A stretch of 64,000 nucleotides of DNA from Eledone cirrhosa (GCA_964016885.1 OZ024743.1:73656001-73720000); one strand, 5' to 3'; positions 14,930 to 29,159 are shown, counted from the first letter of the stretch. Made by a program: numbers and translations. Notes: generated by a model not told the origin, from the sequence alone.

Positions 14930-16893
14930 TTATACTTTGGGAGGGTCATGTTGCCAATAAGAAACACACGCACCAGTTGCTTTCACTTCAATTTATTATA
15001 ATAAATTTATAATAAATTTATAATTTTATAAATTTCTTGTTGGTTGGTTGGTTCCACAACCAGATAGTTGTTTATATATTGTCATAGTTCTTTCGTCACA
15101 CACTCTGTGACCTCTTCAGTGACTGGGGATTCCTTTCTTTGTTTCTGTGCCTCTCCTTTGTTCTGTCCTACGCCATTTTGTTTCTGTGTGTGTGTTGTGT
15201 GCTCAGTCTGCGCATGCGCCACATCATTTATTTATTTGTTGATTTACATGTTACTGGTTGGTTGTTTGTTCTATGTGTGTGTGTGTTTTCATTTTGTCCT
15301 TAATTGTAAGTTGTGATGTTGCTGTTCCACTCATATTTTCTATTTAATTTTGGTTGTAATTCTTTTATGTTTATTGCCTCTGTAATTTGTCTAAACATTG
15401 CGTCTTTTCTGTGTGTAGATTCTATTTTTATTTCTATGTTCTCTAATTTACCCTTGTGTTCTATTTTAGCATGTTGGTAGAGTACAGATGATTATTTACT
15501 ATCTTGAAGGTTTCGCCAGTGTTCATTTATCCGTTCCCCTACACTACGAGCTGTCTCACCTATGTACACTATATTTTTGTCTCTACATTGTCCTTCAGTA
15601 CATCTTATGCTATACACTACATTTCTAGTTTTATAGTTAATATGGGTGCTTATTTTACAGGTTATACATTTCTTATCTATACATGAGGGTCTTTGAAAAG
15701 GGTATGTCTTGCTAATAAGTGTTTTTACGGAGGTACCTGGTCTTTCTACTATCTTAATATTGAGTTTATGTTTATTTAGGGCCCTTCTAAATTTGTAAGT
15801 TAATTCACCTCTACGGGTTGTATCGATGAACATTACACTCTGGTATTTATTGCTATCATACCATGAGTTTATTCTATTAGCCTTGTTCCTAGTTCTTTCT
15901 ATTCTATTCCAAAATTTGCTCCTATACAAGGGGCAGGTCCCATTTATGTCATTATTTACCATTTTTTCCCATTTGGTTCTGGCTGCTCTATACACTCTGA
16001 TTTTATCTCTCTGATTGTAGCCAGAGAACTGCATACGGTGGATGAAGTGTTGTATGTGTCTCTCTAGTTCTTCGGGGTTGCACATGCGGGACACATTTCT
16101 CATCACCCGTACCAAATCCGCAATCAGTATGTTGATTTTGGTATGGTCCGAAGCCGCCGAGTTTCGGTTGATCAGATGTTTGGAAGTCATGAGTTTGGCA
16201 TAATGGGAATGGAGGATTTGTTTTTTGTTGTTAATGGTATCTAACCAGAGCTCTGTGTCTAGTACAGGTAATCGATGGTTGGGGTGTTTACTTGGGTAGT
16301 CTATAGTAACTCTAATGCTCTGGTGGATGGAGTTTGCTTTTTGCTGGATGCTTTCCATTGTGTTTTTCTCTAGTTCCTGACTGTTCTCTAGTGGGGGTGT
16401 CTTAACTACGATGTTTATATCATCAACGTAGCGGGAGTACATTATCAGGGTTAAGGGGTCTTCTAATTGTTCTTTAAGTTTAAGCTTAAGTCTACTGTCC
16501 CACCATACCATGAATAAGTTAGCTATGTCGCCTGCAATGCTAACACCAATGGCTGCTCCTTCCTCTTGGGCATATGTTTTTCCATTAAATTTGAACATAA
16601 TGTTCCTTAAGGGTTAGTTTTATGCTGGCCCCTACCGCATGTGCAATCATTTTCTTCATTTCATCGTGGTTTTCGGGTGTCCGTATGGCTCTGGTCCACC
16701 CGTTCCATCTATCTGTGTGGGTTTTCTTGGCCATTGAGGTAATGGTAGGTGGTCTGCCTCTTGCTGGTCTTGTAGGGCACAGGTTGCTAAGGTCATATGT
16801 GTCTAGGTAATTATTACTATAGGTAAGTATAAGTAGGAGTCCCAGCTCACTGGTATCAATCCCACGGAACTCAACCTTGTTCTCACTGATCAA
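14930..16893 (-). mobile_element. 5'-truncated, decayed Penelope-like element (RT + GIY-YIG, Neptune-like)
   Basis: ORFs 16585-16893 and 15492-16598 are joined by a frameshift. RT motifs GAAIG and RYVDD, Cys-rich linker CIDKKCITC, GIY-YIG NVVYSIRC...YIGET. The frame continues past a premature TAA (15492) as SVLYQH...RQITEA...LNRKYEW to a stop at 15300. HHR in the 3' UTR. Flanked by (TA)n. Confidence 0.92.
15081..15123 (-). ncRNA. Minimal type I hammerhead ribozyme in PLE 3' terminal repeat
   Basis: Minus strand: GUCA CUGAAGA G-GUCACA-GAGUG-UGUGAC GAAA GAAC UA UGAC (stem I GUCA/UGAC, cleavage triplet CUA, very short stem III). Confidence 0.7.
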
Positions 16894-17175
16894 ATTCAGA
16901 AACGAAATATATATATATATTTATACATATATGTATATATATTACACTATATATATATATTTATATATATAAATTACACAAATATCAAAGTTATGTTCAA
17001 ATCATTTAATCGCTGACAATTGCTTCTACCAAATTTTAGTTTGAGTCAGATGTTCTTACATTGAGCTATTTCTCTTACAGGTAATGAGGTAATAATATAT
17101 TACTGACGTTTCCTGTTTATAGTTGTTTATAGTATAGTATATACATAACTATAAATAGTATCATTATTATTATTA

Positions 17176-17212
<37 letters not shown>

Positions 17213-17247
17213 TAATATTTGATGAACATTTACATGTTTTAGTTGCA

Positions 17248-17285
<38 letters not shown>

Positions 17286-17304
17286 TACACTATATATATA
17301 TATT

Positions 17305-17335
<31 letters not shown>

Positions 17336-17554
17336 TACACTATATATATATTTATATTTATATACAGATATGTATATATATTACACTATATATATATATT
17401 TATATATATATATATACATATATGTATATATATTACCCTATATATATATATATGTATTTATATATATATATATATATACATATATGTATATATATTACCC
17501 TATATATATATATATGTATTTATATATTTATATATATATATACATATATATATA

Positions 17555-17586
<32 letters not shown>

Positions 17587-17608
17587 ACATATATGTATAT
17601 ATATTACA

Positions 17609-17723
<115 letters not shown>

Positions 17724-17800
17724 TTATATATACGTTATTCCGGGTTGAATCGGAGGTAACCACAGTAAGTAAGGTACTCAATACATTGCAGAGTATAAAC

Positions 17801-18273
17801 GTTTTAATATAGATGAAATTCTACAGGACTAGAACTGTTTCATTCTTTAGAAATCATCAGGAATCTGGGTATTAAAAAATAAATATGGTATTTATAGGTC
17901 TCTTCAGGTGGTAGGAGGGGGTAGGGAGTAGGTTGGGTGTAGGTCATTAGTTGATAGAAAAGGGAATTCATTAAAAGCTAATTCTTCAAAGCTATAGTTT
18001 ATATTTAGAGTAACAAAGGCAGAAAGAATTCTCTTGTTTATAGAATTCTTTATGCCTTTGTTACTCTAAATATAAAGTATAGCTTTGAAGAATTAGCTTT
18101 TAATGAATTCCCTTTTCTATTAACCAATGACCTACACACATCCCACTCCCTACCCCCTCCTACCACCTGAAGAGACCTATAAATACCATATTTATTTTTT
18201 GATACCCAGATTCCTGGTGATTTCTAAAGAATGAAACAGTTCTAGTCCTGTAGAATCTCATCTATATTAAAAC
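17801..18273. mobile_element. Family D PLE terminus as ~230-bp-arm palindrome
   Basis: 17801-18031 mirrors 18042-18273 with a few mismatches; an HHR sits in each arm. Fragments also at ~1898-1933, 2124-2160, 12630-12700 and 48965-49085. Confidence 0.88.
17816..17866 (-). ncRNA. Type I hammerhead ribozyme (family D)
   Basis: AGAUUC CUGAUGA U-UUC-UAAA-GAA-U GAAA CAG-UUCUAGUC-CUG UA GAAUUU. The mirror copy at 18208-18258 (+) has a core mutation (CUGGUGA). Confidence 0.8.
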
Positions 18274-18286
18274 TATATTTATATAT

Positions 18287-18870
<584 letters not shown>

Positions 18871-19081
18871 GTATATACATATGCATATACATATACATAT
18901 ACATATACATATATATATATATTTATATACATTACACTATATATATATTTATCTACATTACACTATATATATATATATATACAAGTATATACATATACAT
19001 ATATATATATTTATATATATATATATATATACACATATATATATATATATGTTTATATATTACACTATATATATAGTGTAA

Positions 19082-19256
<175 letters not shown>

Positions 19257-19427
19257 ATTACACTATATATATAGTGTAATATATAAACATATATATATAT
19301 ATATATATATATATTCCTCATAACGGCCGATGGCAACTTTTCTGCCGTCTTTATGGGTCTTCACCCTATTTTATAAGTTAATAAAAATAATTATAGAATT
19401 TCCGCGCATGATCACATTGTTCTTTAT

Positions 19428-19460
<33 letters not shown>

Positions 19461-19835
19461 CATAAATCATGTCCTTAGAAGTATTAGATAAAATATATAC
19501 CATTTCCTCTCCCAATTAGCATAATTAACCATATAAAAAATCAATTAGACCAGGCTATAAGAATAAAGGCTCCTATGAAGAAATATTTGATAAATAACCG
19601 AAAGCGGCCTCTTCGCGGTGACCCCAATAGAGTATTTACCCAACATTTCAACAGCATGTAGAAACTGACTAAATATACCGTCAACCATATACAGGAAATG
19701 GTATATATTTTATCTAATAATTCTAAGGACATGATTTATGATATATTGCCCTGATTATTTAATTTATTAATTCTTCATTGAGCCACAACGTGACCTGTTG
19801 CCACATATATATCTGTGACTTTATGTATATGTAAA

Positions 19836-19915
<80 letters not shown>

Positions 19916-19918
<3 letters not shown>

Positions 19919-20185
19919 TTGTTCCCAGGCATTCGCGCGGTTAATACCTAGATCACCCGCGATGTGTGGAAAAGCACAAATATTGGACTTGGTCCGTCAA
20001 AACATAACGTAAAATATAGACCGGTAAATACGGTATATTGTTATAAATAATTCAGCGTTAAAAAGTGTGAAAAAATATATATTGCCACGAAAACGGCATA
20101 AAATAATTGAGATTATACAGTGGTTTCCACAAAATATCATTAGTTAGATTCTAAGGAAAATTCCGCGAATAACTGGGGTACACTG
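19916..20185. mobile_element. Tc1/pogo (Tigger-like) MITE
   Basis: TA|cagttgttcccaggcattcgcg ... cgcgaataactggggtacactg|TA; imperfect TIRs with TA duplication. Confidence 0.7.
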
Positions 20186-20548
20186 TATAATAACCGGGTT
20201 CATGTATTGAAATTAAATGAGAAAAACTCTAATTCTGGGAGTATAAACAAGATAGACAAAAAAGTGTTTCTATCTAACTTCGCTTATCTATAGATCTCCC
20301 TACGGTGGTTTTGTATGGGGAAGTAGTACAGCATAGGTAAGTCCCTTTATGTTCTGAGTTCAAATCCCGCCTAGGTTAACTTTGCCTTTCATCCTTACGG
20401 AGTCGATAAAGTAAAGTACCAGTAACGTATTGGGATAATTACTGGCCTTGTGCCAAAAGTAGAAGCAATTATTATTGGAACCACCACTAATTCAAGAATC
20501 CGCCACTCTGGGTATGAGAGACTAATTAACCTTTATCAATATATATAT

Positions 20549-20679
<131 letters not shown>

Positions 20680-20740
20680 ACGTAAAATAAGAAAATTTAA
20701 AAAAAAAAATTTTTTTTTTTAAATTAACTTACTTACTTAA

Positions 20741-20850
<110 letters not shown>

Positions 20851-21009
20851 ATGAAATTATTGTGTACAGTGCTCAGGTGCACTACAACTCATCAAAGGTG
20901 CATGTATAGTACATAGAATAATATACAAATGCCACGGAAGTGAGTAGTGTATGAGTCATGAAATACATGTGTGCGTATGTATTCAATTCAATATATTTGG
21001 CAGAAAATA

Positions 21010-21960
21010 AAACATAGATGCCATGTAAGGAGGGGAGAGGGGCAAAATTTTCAGTCGGAAACACAGTGGCACAACACCGGTCCAATTTCGCCTTGAATTG
21101 TTGCGTGGTTGGCGCTTTGACTACTTCTTCTGGAAGCCGATTCCAGGGTCCAGAGATGCGGATCAAGAAAGCAGCTTTCCGTCTATTTAGGCGAAAGCGG
21201 CGGTGAAACAGCTTTTTGTCATGTCCACGTAGACTCCTTTCAAGTGCCGGAGTGAATAGGAGATCTTGAGGGAGATCGTAATGGCCATTGAAGAGATTGT
21301 AAGCCAAAATGAGATCGCCCTCGTAGCCGTCGAAGCTCCAAGGAGAAGAGGTTCAGCTTCTGCAGCCGGCTTTCGTAGGGCAGCTCATGAAGACCCTGTA
21401 CCATTCGAGTCGCTAGTCGTGGAACTCTCTGCAAGTGATGGATATCCTGGATGAGATATGGGTTTGATGCTTGGATGCCATATTCTAGGTACGGTCTCAC
21501 GAGGGCGACATAAAGAGGCCAGAAAATTTCTGGAGTGAGTTTGGCAAAGGAGCGTCGAATAAGAAAAAGAGAGCTCCTTGCCTTGTTTGCGGCTTGAATG
21601 CAATGTTTTGATGGTTTGAAGGACTAGTCGACCAGCAGACCAAGATCTTTAGTCTCCTCAATCTCCTTCAAAGGAGCAGTGCCACCGTTGAAGGTAAGAG
21701 CTAAGTTATAAGGTGTACCCACTGCCATATGGCAACACTTATAGACATTGAGGTATAAATCCCAGTCAATGGACCAACTCCAGGCGTGCTGTATAGAGGG
21801 GGAATACTAGGTGTAGTGCCGGCGAATCTCAGAAAGCATGGAGGTTCTAAAGGATGCAGTGTCTCGACAGCTAACAACTGATGCCGGTAGTTTGGTCCAT
21901 GCTTCAGCAACTCTGAGCGTGAAAAAATGTTTCCTAAAGTCATGGGTGCTGTGCGTGTGT
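21010..21960 (-). mobile_element. CR1-clade LINE 3' fragment(s)
   Basis: RPYLEYG...LQRV.RLATRMVQGL..LPYESRLQKLNLFSLELRRLRG and LRGHDKKL...WNRLPEEVVKA across frameshifts. Confidence 0.85.
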
Positions 21961-21992
21961 GTTTGCCTGTATTCAAAAGCCTACATAAAAAC

Positions 21993-22162
21993 AGAGGGTC
22001 GGACGTCATGCATTGACGCATAGAGTTACGGCCCTTTCCATTCTGAGTTCAAATCCCACCGAGGTCCTCTTTGCCTTACATCCTTACGGGGTCGATCGAT
22101 AAAATAAAGTACCAGTAATGTACTGCGTAATTGCTGGCCTTGTGCCAAAAGTAGAAACAATT
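21993..22162 (+). mobile_element. Nin/Deu-domain SINE
   Basis: Same head, body and tail as 13578-13764. Other dispersed or partial copies at ~11022-11119 (-), 20328-20475, 23020-23240, 33335-33400, 37420-37475 (-) and 39515-39840. Confidence 0.88.
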
Positions 22163-22539
22163 ACTTTCACGTTGAAATATGTTCCCAATTTTCTAGAGTA
22201 CGATGTTCCCTATCAGATGAAGAACTTCCGCCTTCCACTACTATCTATTTAAAGATGATTCTAGTCACTAATGAAAGCATGTACTGGGGCGGTGTAGGTC
22301 GGTTAGTGGAGGAGCGGGGGATGTGGGTCTATAATCGAACTCTTTGATACACATCATTAGCATAGTCAAGGAAGATTAAACGGTCGGCATCTAGTTCGTA
22401 GTCTTAAAGTCACAGACACACCTACACATTCATACATACACACACACATGCATATGTACACCATAGTATACACACTCACATAAATATATATATATATAAA
22501 TATATATTATATATATATATACACACACCCACATACATA

Positions 22540-22570
<31 letters not shown>

Positions 22571-23789
22571 TTACTGACGTACACGAACATTCTGACACAG
22601 GCCGTCACACCACATTGACGGGCGGCTTTGGAAAGCATGGCTTTGATCGTTGAAAACAAGATGTGGCTGTATTGATACCTTAAGAGTCGTGTGTGGCGCC
22701 TGTCTGTCGCTCCTGGTCACCATTTAATAGTAGAAAGGAGATGGTTAGAGGGTCAGTGGGTTTTTCTTTAACTTTGAAGAGCAACCGACATCGTGAGTGG
22801 TCAGTTTGATATGAAGTAAAACACATTAGATATGAGCCAATTGACCAAATGGTCAGTGATAATTTGTGTTTTTAGTAGAATGCACATACTTCTAAGTACC
22901 GCCATCCACTGTAACAGAGATGGGTCACCTGCCGCCTTCTATGCCATTTTCTACTGACTTTTAAATTTCCAAGTTTTTTTAATTTTTATCATCTATCTCT
23001 TATTATTTTTATTTAAATAGCGGTCGATTGGCAGTATCGGTAGAGTGTCAGACAACATGCTTTGCAGCATAGAGTTGCGACCCTTCATGATCTGAGTTCA
23101 AATCCCGCCGAGATTAAAACTTTGCCTTTCATCCTTACGGGGTCGATAAATTAAAGTACCAGTCACACACTGGTATCGATTTATGCGACTTTCTCCTACC
23201 CCAAAATTGCTGGCCTCGTGCCTATATAAGAAACCATTATTTTAATTTAAACAATGGTATTTTAAATACCAAAAAGTAAAAGACAATTCAACGAAATAAT
23301 CCACTCTGACAGACAGTCAGAATTTAAAAAATCAGTCGATCATAAGGGACATTTCAATAATTTCTATACTCAAGGTTCAGTTGTAAATTACAACTGAACC
23401 TTGAATCGCATTACAACTTGTAATGCGATTCTAGAATGTACATTAAATTCCTGCTTGACTGGAGCCACTATCACTTGAGGCTGATTGGTGAGTATCCGCG
23501 GGGATTTAGTACTCCAGTATTTATCAAAATATTAAGAATATATTATTATGGTTTGTTGAATATGGCCTTATTAGATTCCAAGTAAGTTAATGTGACCTTT
23601 TAACATGAGGAGGTTCCCCACCTCAGCACTACGACATTGCAGGTTTATATCTACACTCACGCCAGATACTTTCAAAATACATTTACATGTTACCATGTAA
23701 AATGCATAAAATAAACATGTGCGTGCAGACACGCATTCACACCTCACATACATATGCACGTACACATACACACACACACACACACACAC

Positions 23790-23825
<36 letters not shown>

Positions 23826-23938
23826 CTGTGCGTATTTCATATACAAATGACTTTTACATGTTTCATTTGTTTGAGTACCTTATATAACTGTGATTATCTT
23901 CCGCTCCTCTTCGACAAACCATTATATATATATATATG

Positions 23939-23973
<35 letters not shown>

Positions 23974-24168
23974 GTAGAAGTTCTATTTAAATAGTTTGGA
24001 TACAACAAGCAAATATTTTTATAACTGATATAAAGCACTCAACAAATTATTGGAGTAAAAATACGATATATTAACAAATGGAAACTATATTTATAAAACT
24101 ATATTTATATCATTATACATATTTCAAGGACACCAAGTTATATGTATGTATATATTTATATATATGTA

Positions 24169-24274
<106 letters not shown>

Positions 24275-24280
24275 ATATAT

Positions 24281-24340
<60 letters not shown>

Positions 24341-24448
24341 ATACTGTAAATAAAGTTTCATGCACATAAAGTAACACTAAATAATTTTTCTTCCAACAGA
24401 TAAAGCACTGCTTTCCTTGATCTCCCATCTACGGATTTCTACCAACGT

Positions 24449-24492
<44 letters not shown>

Positions 24493-24524
24493 CTTTATCC
24501 CTTTGCTTTTCCTTCGGAATTACC

Positions 24525-24569
<45 letters not shown>

Positions 24570-24822
24570 GGTGTGTGTGTGTGTGTGTGTGTGTGCCTTT
24601 GTCAGCAATATACTTTACATCTCGATAAAATAATTTCTAAGAATCTAATTTAGAGAAACAAATTTAAAGAATACTTGTTGAGCCCTCTAGCTTTAGATTG
24701 CTTAACAAACACCCTGCCCCTGGGGTAAGATGCTTGTACAGTTCGATTTTTTGATTTTAGATTACTTGAGTTACTTTTAGTTACTTTTGGATAGTGTGTA
24801 TTTTATATATATATATATATGT

Positions 24823-25020
24823 ATAGGAAAAGTTTCAGGACCCCGACGGCAGAGCTCAAGCTGTTTCGACGGCTATTTCTGGACTGAAATAGCCGTCGAA
24901 ACGGCTTAAGCTCTGCCGTTGGGGTCCTGAACCTTTTCCTATTACCCACTTTACTACCCAAAGTATCGAGTACTCTGGTGCGTTATGGTCCACCTGGTTC
25001 CTTACCACACTTCCTTCGTT
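24823..25020 (+). mobile_element. Family E element with 120-bp palindrome holding HHR 3' halves
   Basis: 24823-24942 is self-complementary. Each arm reads ...AUAGCCGUC GAAA C(G/A)GC...GCCG U(C/U) GGGGUCC (GAAA, stem III, cleavage triplet, stem I') but lacks the CUGANGA half. Confidence 0.8.
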
Positions 25021-25139
25021 TTATATATATATACGTCAATATTCATCTTTTTCCATTTCTCCCAGGGTTCTTAACCCCACTATCAGGCTAAATAATTTCG
25101 TTAATTTCTTTAGTATATATATATATAATTTATGTTTAT

Positions 25140-25815
25140 ACATAAATTATCGAGATTCGCATTTCGGCCCACGAAATAACGAAAAACAACCTCCGAGATG
25201 TGAGGCAAGTGCTCAATGATTCAGATGAACCAGAGCTATAACAAACGTTAAAGGCCAAACACACTGAGACGATGGTTAAACAATCATTCGCATAGCCAAA
25301 AAAAAAACGATCAAGTAATTTGGGTATTGAAAATTTACCCGGACCCCTGGAAGGTTGGTAAAATCCAGTATTTGGGTTTCTGCGGCTCCTAAATCAAGTA
25401 CCGTCCGCTTACATAAATAATGTCAGGCTTCTGGTAAGATGATTGAACAAGGACGCCACTTTCTCAACAGGTTTTAGTTCAATGTTAATACAAGGACTGA
25501 CTATTGCTGACTCCACGTGGGGATCGGCAAGGGAGGCAGCCCCTATATCAGGCGAATAAATTCAGTTATATTTTTGCAAGAATGCAAAAACATCACAAAT
25601 CGAATAGAGTTCTTAACAGAAGGGTTAAAATTAACATAAGCTATTCATCAGTCAATAGAATCAACTAAAAAATCAAGAAAATTAACTGGTCAATAGCTAG
25701 AGTCTGGAGATAAATACAAACATAAATTATCGAGATTCGTATTTCGGCCCACGAAATAACGAAAACAACCTCCGAGATGTGAGGCAAGTGCTCAATGATT
25801 CAGATGAACCAGAGC

Positions 25816-25818
<3 letters not shown>
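25140..25818 (-). mobile_element. ~100-bp direct repeats flanking ~480 bp (tandem pLTR-like or TRIM-like)
   Basis: acataaattatcgagattcg...ccagagctata at 25140-25240 and 25720-25818, near-identical; TA-rich flanks. Confidence 0.6.
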
Positions 25819-25847
<29 letters not shown>

Positions 25848-26288
25848 ATTACAAGAAACGAAGCGAGCTGTGTGGTTACTGTAAACAAGATTTAGGATGG
25901 TAATATGGACGAAACCAGCTGTTAAGTGCAGATCATAGATGTTTCGGCGCTTAGAAAAGGACATCAAAAGCGATCAGCAGCGCGCCCAACGCCTTTTATC
26001 GATCAAAAGGCCAGAGAGAGAGAGAGAGAGGGGAGAGAGAGAAGGGGAGAGAGAGAGAAGGAGAGAGTCGATATGAAAGTGTGGTGGGACCAAAAATCGA
26101 GCAAAACAGGTAGAGGGGAGGGTTACAGCGGTAAATACAAAATTACAAGGTACGAAGCGAGCTGTATGGTTACTGTAAACAAGGTTTAAGAGAATATGGA
26201 CGGATATATATATTCCTGCTATTTCAAGCATTAACATAATATATTACTTCCATATAGTGTGTATCGATTGTGTTATTATTTTTGTTTG

Positions 26289-26610
26289 CAAATTGTAAAA
26301 CTAGAAATGTAGTCTATAGCATAAGATGTAGAGAGGGTACTTGCAGAAACATGATAACGACATACATAGGTGAGAGAGCTCGAAGCATAGGAGAAAGAAT
26401 AGACCAACACGGGGGAAACTAAAAGGACAAAAAAAGGTTCCGTACTATACGAACAAGCCAGACAAAGACATGACGGTAATATAGACAACATAGAAATTAA
26501 AATAATATCCAAGCATAGAAATGACTCAACAGGTAGGCAAATCAGAGAAGCAACTGAGATAGAACTAAGAAGACCAAAGTTGAACAGAAAGAACGAATGG
26601 AATAACAACA
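26289..26610 (+). mobile_element. GIY-YIG endonuclease fragment of a second, related Penelope-like family
   Basis: Translates NCKTRNVVYSIRCREGTC...YIGERARSIGERI, then after a frameshift SVLYEQA...RQIREA...PKLNRKNEW, colinear with the 15300-15650 PLE C-terminus. Confidence 0.85.
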
Positions 26611-26672
26611 ACAATCATACTCAAACAAACAATACTGATCTAAGGGAAATATAAATAAATAAATATATATAT

Positions 26673-26722
<50 letters not shown>

Positions 26723-26784
26723 GTGAGTTTTTTTTTTACAAAATGAAAAATAACCGAGGTGTCCTACACGAGTGAAAGTATAAA

Positions 26785-27088
26785 GAAAAAGAGTTGAAAT
26801 CGAAAATGCAACTGGAGTCTTATTTTTTTTTTTAAATATATATATTTATTTGGTTCCTTTACCGGTTTCGCAGTTCTTCTGCTTTTCAAAAGGTGAGTTG
26901 AGATGGAGGGTCTGTGGTTTTTCTCACATGAGAAAAACCACAGTTTTTCTCACGTGAGAAAAACCACAGACCCTCCATCTCAACTCACCTTTTGAAAAGT
27001 AGAAGAACTGCGAAACCGGTAAAGGAACCAAATAAATATATATATTTTTAAAAAAAATAAGACTCCAGTTGCATTGTCGATTTCATCT

Positions 27089-27095
<7 letters not shown>
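26785..27095. mobile_element. Family H palindrome
   Basis: ~140-bp inverted arms, each with a variant HHR and AATAAA; complex centre at 26911-26970. Confidence 0.88.
26988..27025 (+). ncRNA. Minimal hammerhead with U3-A8 variant core (family H)
   Basis: CCUU UUGAAAA GUAG-AAGAA-CUGC GAAA CCGG UA AAGG followed by AATAAA. Mirror copy at 26856-26893 (-) has a perfect stem II. Confidence 0.65.
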
Positions 27096-27186
<91 letters not shown>

Positions 27187-27330
27187 TGCTGCAGAAACTC
27201 GAGTCCGGGAACCTTATAGGCACCCGATTAACTATGTTTATACTCTGGTAATGTGTCTTACATTGCCCATTGAGTGCGATGAGATACAACCGGTACTGGC
27301 ATTGATAAATATGCTGGGTCCGTCAACCCT

Positions 27331-27383
<53 letters not shown>

Positions 27384-27462
27384 AGTACAATAACATCAAA
27401 CACATATAAATGCTCTATCTATCTAGGGCGAGTAAAATTCCCGAGATGCATGGACGAGTTCT

Positions 27463-28997
27463 CAGTGATGTGAGTGCGGAAGAGTTCCATGAGGAGGTGT
27501 GTAGAGCTGTCAACACCACACAAGCACACAACATCCTGCTTGTTCTGAGGGACTTCAATGCACATCTGAGTAAGAAGGGCAGTGAAGATCCTTGCTGGTA
27601 CTTCCATAACAACACCAACCGAAATGGAAGACTACTGAGAGACACCCTGCTGGAGACGAACTTGATAGCGACCAACCTAAGGTTTAGGAAGAATCCGGGG
27701 AAGATGTGGACCTACATCTCAGATATGCACCTGTCCAAGTCCCAGATTGATTTCATTCTGGTGAGAAAAAAGTGGCGGAATAGTGTTCTGAACACAGAAC
27801 CATACAACTATTTCAGTACACTGGGTAGTGACCACCGGCTTATTATGAGTGAGGTCCGGGTGAGCTTAAGAAAGAGCAAGGCTCAGCCTCGGAGAGCAAC
27901 CTATGACTGTGTAGCTTTCAAGGAAGATAAGCTACAGGAGAGGTTCACAGTAGAAGTGAGGAACAGGTTCAGTGCTCTGTGTGGAGACAGAGGAGAGAGA
28001 GATTGGATGGACTGGGGAGAGTGTGACGAGGAGGGACGGGTAATTCCCAAGAAGATAGTGGACCTGATATCACTGCTCTACACCAACACCAAAGCCCAAG
28101 TCATTACACCTGATGGGATGACGGAGTTCTTTGAGATACTGGCTGGAGTGCCCCAGGGAGATAGATTGGCTCCCTACCTTTTTATCATCGTAGTTGACAA
28201 TTGTATGCGCCTTGCACTGGAGAAACACCAGGACTCTGTCTTTACTGTAGCACCGGCTCAGAGCAGGAGAGTTAAGGCGAAAAAGATATCGGATACTGAA
28301 TTTGCCGACGACATAGTTTTGGTGACAAATACAGTGAAGGAGGCAGAGGATTTGATGCAGGAGGTTGAGACTGTTTCGATGAGTGTGGGGCTGAGAATGA
28401 ATGAGATTAAGACAAAATAGCTGGTAGAGAATGTTGAGAAGCCAGAGGGGATTACTAATGCAGGCGGGAAGCCGCTAGAGTTGGTTGAGGACTTCCTGAG
28501 CAAAGATTGGGAATACGGAAGATGATGTAGCCGAGAGGAGGAGCAAAGCCTTGGCAGCGTGCCACAGCTTGAGATCGGTGTGGGAGTTGGACCTTCGTAA
28601 AGACCTGAAAATCCGCCTCTTCATTGCTGTAGTGGAGTCTGTGCTGCTGTACGAGTCGGAGACTTGGACAATGACCAAGAAACTCATTCAGATGGTGGAT
28701 GGGTGCTACACGAGAATGCTGAGGATGGCTCTGAACATTAATCAGTATACACTGAGGATGAAAAACTCAGAGCTGTATGGGAGCCTCTCAAAAGTCAGCT
28801 CAAAAATGACACAGAGGAGACTGAGGTTAGCCGGACACGCTCACCGACATCTAGAGTTGACACATCACTCAGTGCTCCTGTGGGAGCCCCTGCATGGACA
28901 CACTGGAAGAGGAAGACCGAAGTTAACATATGTTGATGCTCTAAGGACAGACACTGGTCTGTTGGAGACGCAGGACATGGCAGCGATAATGAGGGAC
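27463..28997 (+). mobile_element. RTE-clade LINE, internally deleted pseudogene
   Basis: APE motifs DFNAH, QIDFIL, SDHRL fused through a deletion to RT motifs GVPQGD.LAPYLF and FADD; C-terminus [20 protein letters not shown]. Stop at 28418-28420. Confidence 0.92.
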
Positions 28998-29014
28998 ATA
29001 TATATATATGTGTG

Positions 29015-29047
<33 letters not shown>

Positions 29048-29066
29048 GTATGTGTATATATATATG

Positions 29067-29159
<93 letters not shown>

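Noticed and set aside
19316-19745. Additional hammerheads in two (TA)n-flanked islands
   Set aside because: An inverted repeat (~19455-19508 / ~19693-19745) is present, but no complete core or three-stem fold could be built.
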